From contig NIVC01001075.1 in NCBI GenBank assembly GCA_002269645.1, positions 62,001-126,000 of the forward strand: a stretch of 64,000 bases of DNA, in the 5' to 3' direction. The position numbers were made by a program, and so were the translations under genes. Source of the stretch: Macrostomum lignano. Its lineage: Eukaryota. Shown in pieces: positions 47,101 to 58,333 of this stretch (its first letter is position 1; each line of letters begins with the position of its first letter). Below the pieces are notes generated by a model. That model ran no database searches, was not told where the DNA came from, and worked only from the letters and a program-made list of their open reading frames with translations.

Positions 47101-48689
47101 TATCTATGGGGCAGACTGATCCAAAGGTAGTGTTGCCCAAGTCTCTGGATAGTGAAGTCTTTCACCAATTCCATGATTCACCGTTAGCGGGACACCTAGG
47201 TCGAGATAAAACTTATCAGAGAATTAAAATTCGATTTTGGAGGCCAGGATTAGCAACAGCAGTTGAACGCTACGTAGCCAAATGTAAATCATGCCTAGAA
47301 AGCAAAACTAGACGAAGAATTAAGGCACCAATTCAGAACTATCCTGTAGTCGAACTGTTCGGTAGATTGCACATAGATCTAATAGGACCTATTGGCCAAA
47401 CTAGCAAATCAGGAAACAAGTATGTGCTTTCAGTCATAGACAGCACTAGCAAATTTCCATTCGCATTCGCAATTAGGAATCAGAAGGCTAAAACAGTTAT
47501 CAAAATTCTACAAGAACGAGTTTTCGCTGATTTTGGGATTCCACAATGGATTCACACAGACCAGGGAACACAGTTCACTGGTAGGGCCTTTAAGAAATTT
47601 TTAGACCTCTATGGCATTAGACACACTCGAACAACTAGTTATCATCCGCAGAGCAATGGCTTAGTAGAAAACCTTAATAAGCAGATTAAATCAATTCTCA
47701 CCTGTTTACTGGAGAAGGAGCATTCCAACTGGGACGTTCTGTTGCCAGGTTGCATAACAGCTCTGAGAACCAGCACGCACACTGCCACAGGATTTAGTCC
47801 GCACTATTTAGTCTTTGGACGAGAGGCCAGAATGCCCTGTGACAATGAGTTGAACGAGCCAAAGCAGTTTCAGGACCTGCCATCTTATGTCCAGGAACAT
47901 CAGCAGAATCTGCAGGAAGGCCAAGAACTAGCAAGAAAGAGATTAAAATTAGTGCAACAAAACCGTGAGCAGGAGTACTCTAATAAGCCTAAGCCGAAAA
48001 CATTGCCTGTAGGAAGCTTAGTATTTATCAATAATCCAGTAATTGCTAACACAGAAGCTAACAAATTTTACAGAAAACAAAATGCAGTTTACGAAATTGT
48101 AGAACAATTATCAGAAGTAGTCTTTAAGATCAGACCAGTCACCAAAAATAAGAAGGCTAGAAAGGAAGAACTTATTATGCATAGGGATAATTTACTGAAA
48201 GTACCGCAAGCAGATTATCAGGAAGAAGAAGCTAGTACTAAGCCAAAAGAGCAGAGGAAACAATACAATAGGGAACAGTTAGCCAATAGCCAGCCGAATG
48301 TGTACAATGACTCAGAAAGTGAAGACGAGTACGAAGACGCAGTGCAGTTTATGCCAGTGCAACATCAAAATAATGAGCAGTTTATGCCAGTGCAACATCA
48401 AAATAATGAGCAGTTTATGCCAGTGCAAAATCAAAATAATGTGCAGTTAGTGCCAGATCAACAAGTGCAGCATCCGAATAATAATCAAAATAATTTAGTA
48501 GGTGTACAAGGAGTTATGCCAGTGCAATTAAGTAATAACAATAATCTAGGGATTAATTTAGAAGCTAGGCCAGCTAGAGAGCGTCATGCTCCAGATAGAT
48601 TAACTGTCAGGCCAAACCAGAAAAGTTATGTGCAGAGGATAGCGGAGTTGTTTAACCCATTTAACCTCTTGCAGCCAACATCTCAATAA
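44123..48689 (+). pseudogene. pol: Gypsy pol (protease, RT, RNase H, integrase), defective
   Basis: LLDTGS; DGSLRL/DYRALN frameshift near 45505; YLDI in place of YLDD; LDTDAS..ELLAI; integrase H-H-C-C, IDLIGP, TDQG, GLVENLN; TAA at 44270. Confidence 0.93.
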
Positions 48690-48691
48690 CT

Positions 48692-49360
48692 ATGGTCGAC
48701 GCCCCAATCCGCGTCTATCCAAAAAAGCGAATCTATGGCCAACAAGGAAAACAGGCAGCTTCAGAAAATGAACCCCCAAGAATTAGGGCTGTTCAAGAAG
48801 TAAGCGATAGTGTCGCGACAAGCGGTAAAAAGCGGAAATTAGAGCAACCGGAAGAGAGCGGTGAGCCCAAAGGAAGACTGGTCGTGGACATAGACTTGGA
48901 AGAGTTGGAAAGGGAGACGGAAAGAGAGGAAGAAGCGTTCCGAGAGGAGATGACCAGATTCATGGAAGAGGTGCGACAGTATGAGGAGCCAGCCGAGCCG
49001 CAAGTAGACCTAGAGGAGCAAAAGAGGAAGTTTTGACGCTGCCGCCGGGCCCTCAAGAAGTACATACTAAGGACGGGTAAGACCGGTATGTTCGAAACCA
49101 AATTACCCGAAGCCTACGCGCGTTTCTTAACGACAGCGACCAAGAAGGAGGCAATTAAGTGCTACGAAATAGCCTGTACCTATTGCCTCCAGTATGCGGA
49201 AAGTAACGCACGCGGCCCCTTCAGTATGAGCGTCACCATGGAGCAACTAGAGTTCTTGGCGGGAAAATTCGACCCGGAGCGCCAAATGATCCCGGTCAAC
49301 GGCTTATTGTATGCATCGGCGCAAAACACTAATAATCTTCGGCCTGTACACGACATCTAA
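48692..49360 (+). CDS. Third ORF of the Gypsy element (~222 codons, one in-frame TGA at 49034), unknown function, not env-like
   Basis: ORFs 48692..49036 and 49088..49360 share a frame with only one TGA between them. The ATG is 2 nt after the pol TAA, and the ORF is followed by an AT-rich 3' UTR. Confidence 0.65.
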
Positions 49361-49854
49361 CTAGAGTAATCGAACTGCATTTTTCTATATATTGGCTATT
49401 TTTTTTACCATCTCTTGGGACAAATTGCATTAAATCGCTGCCTTGCTTTAATCATAGCACTTCCTTTTTGACATAAGGATCTGTCCACATTTTACGTCGC
49501 GTGCAATTTTCTATTTTTGTTATGTCTACACGTTATTCTTAATAGTACCAACATTACTCAACCCGATGCTAATAAGATACACACCACTTATTCTTATATA
49601 TTGTTGTTGTGTTGCATTTATTTTGTTTTAGCAATATAGCAATATGCAACGTAATATCAATAATTCATTATATATCCTGCATTGTACTCTACTTGTCTAG
49701 GAATTCATGTTTACGCATTACATTTTCATATTCATAATAGTTGTTATATTCAGTACATCGCTGATAAGCGCACTAATACTTATTATGTAACTAAAATTTT
49801 GTTAATAAATATAATTATCAATGTACAAAAGGGGGTTTTGCACATTTGTTTAGC

Positions 49855-49864
49855 GAGGGGGAGG
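49855..49864 (+). other. Polypurine tract
   Basis: GAGGGGGAGG immediately before the 3' LTR. Confidence 0.9.
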
Positions 49865-50432
49865 TGTAGTAGGGCATTATTTTTAGGAATGGGAAATTTT
49901 GTGGGTCTAAATATGCTTTTACCCTACTATCAGTAGTTTCAACCCGGGGAAATAATTAGCGCGGGGGTAAGTGGATAAAATCGGGGTTCCTTTAGAAATA
50001 CAGAGCAGTTGGGCTCTTGGGAAAGAAAGCCTTTCGTTGGAGTGTCTTCTCCTGTTTAACTCAGAGAGTTCACGCAGAAGTGGTAAGAAAGGGAAATATA
50101 AGGGTTAGGCTTGCACAGAGGAGTCTTGCCTCTAAAATACTGGGAGTCTTGCCCAAAGCACTATAGCGGGAATAAGGAGTTAATGTAAAACAAAACTAAC
50201 TTTTGTACCGTAATTTACTTTTATTAAATATTTTTTTTGTGTTAACTAAGTCTAAATTGGTGTCCTGACTCAGTTCTTTAAAACTACAGCTAGAATTAGG
50301 GAACAGCAGGAACCTGGTGGCAGCGAAACTACCAAATCTCAAATCAGTGCAGCAGACAATAATCCACTAGTAAAATCCTTAGCAGCAAATAGAAAACCAG
50401 TAGCCGAAACCGCAGGTACCACGACTTGTCCA
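49865..50432 (+). repeat. 3' LTR (568 bp)
   Basis: Near-identical to the 5' LTR; followed by the TSD CATG. Confidence 0.97.
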
Positions 50433-53400
50433 CATGAATATTTTTTAATGGCGCGAAAAAAATGGTTGCCTCTCAGTCCCACCACTGAGTACAACTAAAC
50501 CAATATTAGCCAAACAAACAAACCTTTAGCTTTAGAATAGACTTAATTAGTATCATATAAATAGACCTTTCAATCAAATTTAACTAAAATTTGACAAACA
50601 ATTAACCTAAAAATTATGGTAATTTGTTAATCTTTAGAAATTTTAAGACATTTAAAATAGAATTTCTAATTGCATTTTGTTCACATTTCTATTGTTAGTA
50701 AGTAAGCTATTTAGATCACTCAATGAGTAACTTTTCCAAACTTTTAAACTATAATAAAGAAGGTAGACTAGGCCTATACCATAGAAAACTCCAATATACA
50801 CTAGGGATTCCTAATGCACTTAGTATATAATCATAGTATAAGTAGATATTGAACAAAGGCCATAGTCTAGAAGAAGGCATATTTACCAAAAATTTCCAAG
50901 GTACACTCAAGAAATTTGGTGTATATATTGGCATACAAAAAGTGATTTTAGGCTTTTGGTATATACATTTAATATTTTGGTATGATATGCACCAAAAATA
51001 AAAAAATAATGTTATTAATAACATTAATAGTCACAATAATCATCTATGCATTATATTTGTAAAATTTGATAACTATATAACACAAAACTGGGCAATTATC
51101 TAGTTTTGCACACTTAATTATTTTTCAAAAAATAGTAACTTTGTTAGTTACTGCAAGTAAATATTTGAACTTTTATGAGTATAAGATGTGGTAGTGATAT
51201 GGCAGACATCAATGGTATGTCTATGGTTACTAGGCCTAGTTTGAGATAGCTAAATGCTATGTCTATGGTGAAAACCTACAATTGCTTCCTGATTTTTTAA
51301 ATGGACTGAGGTGGGAAGGACTGGGATTCTAAGAGATGTCTTGCCTTGCTTGCTTTCCTAAACAATCTTGATTGTCAATCTTGAGCAACAACTCTTCTTG
51401 ATTCTGGCTAGACACCCTGCAGCACACACTAGCATAATTACACAATTGCAATGTTTGACCTGCAGCTCTGTTGCCATTTCTATGATGCCATTGCCACCTA
51501 AGCAATACTTGTGGGAACATACTTTTCTAGGTGGCGCACTACTATACAATGTCTAGTACAACCAAATATGACAAAACAAACTTGCTAACTGTTGTTTTGT
51601 AGCGTAAAGTGTATTCACATTTAGAAAGTACATGTATGCTAGATTTATTTTTAGAATTAGAATCTTCCAGAAAATACTTTTTAGTGCGAAGTTAAAGTAC
51701 ATTCTAGAAATTTCCTTTAATTTAATTAAATGTTAGTTTTACTTCAAAATCTTGAATATAAAAGTTGTACTAGTTGAATTTATTAATGCATTTTTACTGT
51801 AGAATTATGCATTAGTATTGAACACAATTAACTTTGTTTTAATTAATGAAATTTCTAGAATTTTCTGGTTATATACAATACATCACTATAAATAAATATA
51901 GACTCAATACACAACTCCTAAGTTTTCTTTTCTTCCGAAAAGCTCAGAACCATTGCTTTTGCTCTCTCAATCTTTTGTTGACACCAACATAGTTATAGTT
52001 AAACTTTGTTAAAACTTTGTTCAAAATTTGTTAAATTAAAAAAAATAATATAAATGTGTGAAACTAGGCCTAGGGCATTGCCCAAAACTGATTTCTGTTT
52101 TTAAAAGATAACAATTTACAATATAAACAAAAATGCAAAAACTTTGCTTTTTTCTTTATATAGGGGCCTACATCCCATGAAACCTTATACAAATATAATT
52201 TTTATTTTTAGATTTTAACTTCATCTAAGTCTAACTGAAAATTTTTTAATATAAAAATCATTGACATTAATGATTAATACTAAAATAGTAGTACTGTTAC
52301 AAAATTGACAATTTAAAGCTTTGCATAATATAATATATTTGGCATACAGAAAAAATGATCTTTTTGTGGGGTACATATATAGACTACTCTAAACTATGGA
52401 ACAAAGGTCCCTAATACATATGATATATGACTGCAAATTGTTATAGGCCTAAAACAATTTATTCTAAATCAAAACTGTCTTTTTCTAATATTTAATTTCA
52501 ATGGAATATTTCAAAGAATGGGTCACACAATGACCACAGTAGTAGGGTTGGTAGTATAAATCCTATTTTTGCCTTCTTAACATTATTCATGATAACTTAT
52601 ATGATGACTATGAGTATGATGTAGTCATAAAAATACCATATATCTAATAGCTACCATGCACGAGAGAAAAAATAGGGCTTACGTCTTATGAAAGACTAGG
52701 GCTCAAGGCTTGTAAGCCAATGCAAGCCTAAGATTAGGCCTGCACTGCACAACATTATAAAGCATAGGCGAATATGCCTAGCCTACCACTCAGAGACTGA
52801 TCTTGAAAAACAGAAAACTTATGCTTTGCCTTAATACATAATATTAAAAATACTTCGATTTTATAATAATTTTGCCTTCTTTGAACCTTTAATACGCTAG
52901 TAGCTAGCAGTAAATAACAATAAAATCATGAACGTCACATCAATGACCGAGTTCGAATGGTTTTTTAAAAGATCGAGGGTTCCTAGAATATTCTACGAAG
53001 GCCGGTTCTCGTTACACACGCTTTAAGCTCAGCCATTGAAAACGAATAATAGATAAAATTAAAGGTATGGGATGAAATGCCAGCTTACTTGATCTTTCTG
53101 GGCTGAGTTAAGTCTTTTGATGCTGTTTTTGTTGTTTTTGTTGCTGTTGTTTTATGCATGTTGGTGCTGTTGTTGTACATACGATGCTAACGTGTAGCTA
53201 TATACCAAGCCATAGCCATGGCTCTTTACTTTTAGACCATAGACAAGACGAATAATAACTTCGACTAAAAGGTTGACTACAGAAAGGCTAAGGGGATACT
53301 CAACTCGATGTCGTCATTTATATTGCTGCCATTGACTACGGTTAGTCTCTGTACAATCTCAAATATGCTTGCGCTCTAAATCTAACATCAGGTTTGTAAT

Positions 53401-54369
53401 TTTGTTTCCTCTTTCGACTTTTTATAGCTGTTGAATAGATGAAGTTAAATTAATTGCTGCGCAGGTCAAATAGGAAAAGTTTTGATTTGATGTTTTTGAC
53501 AAAGTTTTGACAAAAAGCATGAATCTGAACGCAAAATCAGCGTTGTCAATAGACGGATCGAGTCAGTGTACAGCGATCGCACCATCCTTTCTTAGTTTCG
53601 CAATTGATGCAACTCGAAAAGAAACCGCGAACAGTGGGCATGTTGGGGACAATTATAGTGTCTTCATTCGCTTCCTAGTCACTTTTTGATCTGCCATTTC
53701 ATCATTTGCAGGGGCTTCTATCGCCCCATTATAATTCTGCAGTAACTCTCTGGTCATCTCCACTCTCTGGTAATTTCACCGTCAACAATCATGCCAGTGG
53801 AAGTCGAATTCACTTCGGATTTGGTCACTTCGTCTAAATTTGCGTTAACATTTTTACTCTATATAATGCAGAAACACATGGTCATTCAGCACCAAAGAAC
53901 TGAATTATAATATATATATAATCTAGCTAGATTATTTTTGCCATGACTTGCCCCTCTCGGTTGTTCTGCGAACGCGTCCGCGCAAAGTCTAGCTAGACCA
54001 AAAAACTGATTACTACATTTACGTGAGTTCAAAATCTATCAAACACCCGCATTTAAAGGTACATGTAAAAGTGGAATAGACCACATACATGTACGAGGAG
54101 CGTTTGATGACGAACTATTTAGTTTTTTCAGTTGAATATTGGTCACTTGTCATACAAAGGCATATGAAGCTTCCATCTTCTTGGACAGTTCGTATTTCAA
54201 AATGAAGAACTATAACAGATGACAATCTATCCAGCAACCAATTGTCTTTTAAAAAACGCTGAAAGCCATTTTTAACGCAAAACTTGGCGTCTTTACTGCG
54301 AAGAATGAGTGAAATGATCTTTTTCGCCTCCGGATATCTACCCCAATAAGGCTAAAATCTACATTGCCA

Positions 54370-54673
54370 TAGGTCGGCCGCCATCTCCGGCCCGCTAAGC
54401 CTCTCTATTTGGCCCTTGGGTATTTGAAACTGCAAAATAGCAATCCAGCCCCATCAAGGTTTGTGTCTCTTCTGAGCTCGACTCTTCTATCTTCTTTTAT
54501 CTCTCTCTCTCTCTCTCTCTCGCTCTTCTCTCTCTCTCTCTCCCTCTCTCTCCTCTTCTCTCTTACCTCTCCTCTCTCCTCTCTCCTCTTATCTTCTCTC
54601 TCGTCTCATCTCTCTCTCATCTGGCCCTAAGCTGGATCTGGCCATTTGGGGTAAAAAAAATTGCCGATCCCTG
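54370..54673. mobile_element. Degenerate relative of the 5873-6508 MITE, with internal (CT)n
   Basis: Shares AATAGCAATCC, a CT tract, ATCTGGCC and the right end TTGCCGATCCCTG; the left end is poorly defined. Confidence 0.45.
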
Positions 54674-55317
54674 CCATAGACGGTAATAAATATAGCTTTC
54701 TGATAAACGTGTATAAGTGCATCTAATTATGTCAATGGAGGAATCTAGCACGCTGACGAGTGCGTCAATGGCTGAAACACGAGTGCGCGTAGCGCACGAG
54801 GGTTTTTGCCATAGACGCACAAGTCAAAGTGCTTGATTCCCATTCTTATTTGATCCAACATGTGTGGCTAAAGTAGACAAGGGTGGAGCTGGGGGTGTGG
54901 AGTTAAACTTGAACCATAGACAAATATGCGCGAGCTTGTCTGAACATTCTTGCACGATGGAAAGAAGATTATGCTTGTAGTCTATGGCTGTTATTCTAAA
55001 TATAGAAACATTGCGCATTACATTCTTGCACGATTGACATTCCTGCACGGAGTGCACATGCAAATTCAAGGTGCTTTTACCATAGACACTAGCATTTCTG
55101 CACGCATATGGCGACTTCCAAAGCATTCTTGCACGCTGGATCAAATTAGAATAGACTATGGAACATCAATTTTCATTGTAACACAAATACAGAATGATAA
55201 GACTTCGAATTTGACTATCTACGCTCGTAGAGCTTCAGGCGCGAAGATGTATGTTTGTGGCTGTGCGCTTAGTTAGAAAGAAGTATCTATACTACCTTAA
55301 AATCATCCGTGCTTTTT

Positions 55318-55803
<486 letters not shown>

Positions 55804-57469
55804 ATTTATAAAACTGAAGAAGGAATGGGTTCTTAAGAAAATGTGCATTGTTAACAATTTAATGATAATGGATTTGCGTAAATAATTTCGAGGTGCTGAG
55901 ATGTCATTTATGTCAAAGCTTACTTGGGGAATTGCTGAGATGCCAATAGGATATATATATTTTATTTAAATTTTTTTCCATTCTTTGAACAATTTTATTC
56001 GAATAAGCAGATTTATTAAACTGAAGTAGGTGTGACGTTGTCAGTTTAAGGTGGTCCCGAAAAGGGCCGTTGGACTGCTGTTCTCCATAGTCATTCAACC
56101 CTTCAGTTTCACCGTTTCAACTAAACTTTTCCATTCGTTTATTGCGACGTTTACTTGTAGTAGTGCCCAACGATTTTGTGGCAATTTCTAATTCACTGTA
56201 TATTTTGCTATCCTCTCTCGCGACCGTATAAAATTGGCACGATCGATAATTTTAAGTTCTCTCGCCAGCCAATGAAATCACTCGTGCTCGCGCTACCCCC
56301 TCTGCGCTCTTTTATTAAACCCCCCGCCTGGCGGCGGGCACCCCTCACGCTTTTTCGTCTCTCCCCGCTTGTTCCTTGTTTCCTTCCCTGCGGCCTCTTA
56401 GCTGTCTTATCTGTTTGTCTGGCTGCCTCGAGCCTCCTTATTTCTCACCACGGCCCTTCTGTCTGGGCCAGCCTGCTCACACACTTACTTGACTGTTTCA
56501 CGCCACGACCGACGCCAACTCACCACTACGTTTCACTGCCTTCACTGTGCTCATAGCCACTGCTCACGTCACGTCGCCATTGTGTCATTCGCCTGCCACT
56601 TGACTTCATATCCAAATTATATTCAACCCATTGCTGCAGCCGCCAGTGCCCAGAAAGCTATAGTCTGTTTATTGCCAGTAACAACCAAACTTAATACTGA
56701 TATTAACAATAAAGACAACTACGGCAGTTCCTGCCTTTATCGCCAAGTGCTCCGCTACAAAATCCGCTTTACAAGAATTGACTTCAACTTATTTTGGGAC
56801 TAAAACGGCCCTTTTAAGGGTCACCGCATAGCTGGCCGCTACGCCAATAACGTGACAGTAGGAATGCTTTTAAGAAAATATGCTTTCATTTCAAAGGATT
56901 CTCACAAATAATTTTCGGGGCGCCCCAAAGGGGGGCAATATAGATTGCTAGTCGAATACTCAGAATATTAATCTGTCTATCAGTGACCTTTGCTTGCCTC
57001 TTTGCTGCTTCCCTCCTAAAAAATTGAAAATTCATTAAAAACAGCACGCCCCAACAGATTCTAATCCAATAGGCGGCATACTTTGAATCAGTCTGGCAGT
57101 TCATTAGCTGTCCAACTGTTATTAGCGACCTCACTTTGAGCTCCTCTTCGCCAAGATACACTTGATCAACACTAATGGAAGTAATGATGATTCTGGATAA
57201 TTCTCAGCTTTCATGGAAAGCTTTTTCTAAGCAAGATTAAAAATCTTAAGGCTGCTATTTGCTCGAATAAAATTTTTCAACTACAACTTGACTATAACTA
57301 AGGTCATCTTGTGCAAACTCAAAGATGACTTTTAGTCTAAAGTTTTTACTTGGGTGTCACTCTATCCATTCCTGCGTTACTTTATCCATCTTTTAGGAGT
57401 CCTTTTCTAGACAAAATTCTAAGAATTCATGTTTTCATGCTTTGATAACCAACTGCTTGTAAATCTGCC

Positions 57470-58045
57470 TCACCTCTCTCCCCTCAGTTCTTGAGAACCT
57501 GCCTCTCCCCTCTCCCTCAGTGCCTGAGAATCTGCCTCTCCCTCAGTGCCTGAGAATCTGCCTCTCCCTCAGTGCCTGAGAATCTGCCTCTCCTTCAGTG
57601 CCTGAGAATCTGCCTCTCCCTCAGTGCCTGAGAATCTGCCTCTCCCTCAGTGCCTGAGAATCTGCCTCTCCCTCAGTGCCTGAGAATCTGCCTCTCCCTC
57701 AGTGCCTGAGAATCTGCCTCTCCTCAGTGCCTGAGAATCTGCCTCTCCCTCAGTGCCTGAGAATCTGCCTCTCCCTCAGTGCCTGAGAATCTGCCTCTCC
57801 CTCAGTGCCTGAGAATCTGCCTCTCCGCTCTCCCTCAGTGCCTGAGAATATGCCTCTCCCTCAGTGCCTGAGAATCTGCTTCTCCCGCAGTGCTTGAGAA
57901 TCTGCCTCTCCCGCAGTGCTTGAGAATCTGCCTCTCCGCTCTCCCTCAGTGCCTGAGAATCTGCCTCTCCCACAGTGCCTGAGAATCTGCCTCTCCCTCA
58001 GTGCCTGAGAATCTGCCTCTCCCACAGTGCATGAGAATCTGCCTC
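57470..58045. repeat. 26-bp minisatellite GCCTGAGAATCTGCCTCTCCCTCAGT, ~21 copies
   Basis: Seen directly; lies upstream of the receptor's first coding exon. Confidence 0.95.
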
Positions 58046-58333
58046 TCCGCTCTCCCACAGTGCCTTGACTATATCGATTGACTATCTTAGATAGTTTCGC
58101 AGTTGTTAGTCAATGCACAGGATGCAGATAGTTATTCCCCAGCCCGAATATCCGATTAGATGCAACCTCTAAAGCCCACTCGCTATCAAGAAAAACCCAG
58201 CCAATGCCAGACGGCCCATGAAGCCCTACACTCAGAGGCTTAAAGAGGCTGTCTGTCTGAGCACCTTTCACGCCGCCTCCCTTTGCTCCTTATCCCACAC
58301 TGACCTGCATTCTCGTCTCTGCTCATCTCATCC

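Larger units (their letters stand above)
40106..50432 (+). mobile_element. Ty3/Gypsy LTR retrotransposon, full length but defective
   Basis: TG..CA LTRs at 40106-40672 and 49865-50432 (2 substitutions and 1 indel seen); 4-bp TSD CATG; PBS; PPT; domain order gag-PR-RT-RH-INT. Confidence 0.97.
36156..50487 (+). mobile_element. hAT DNA transposon (~4 kb of its own sequence) carrying a nested Gypsy element
   Basis: Perfect 16-bp TIRs CAGTGGTGGGACTGAG / CTCAGTCCCACCACTG; 8-bp TSD AGTACAAC at 36148-36155 and 50488-50495. Confidence 0.95.

Noticed and set aside
53089-53180. Candidate minus-strand first exon MYNNSTNMHK... with a GTAAGC donor
   Set aside because: Low-complexity (CAA-rich) and no downstream exons could be linked.
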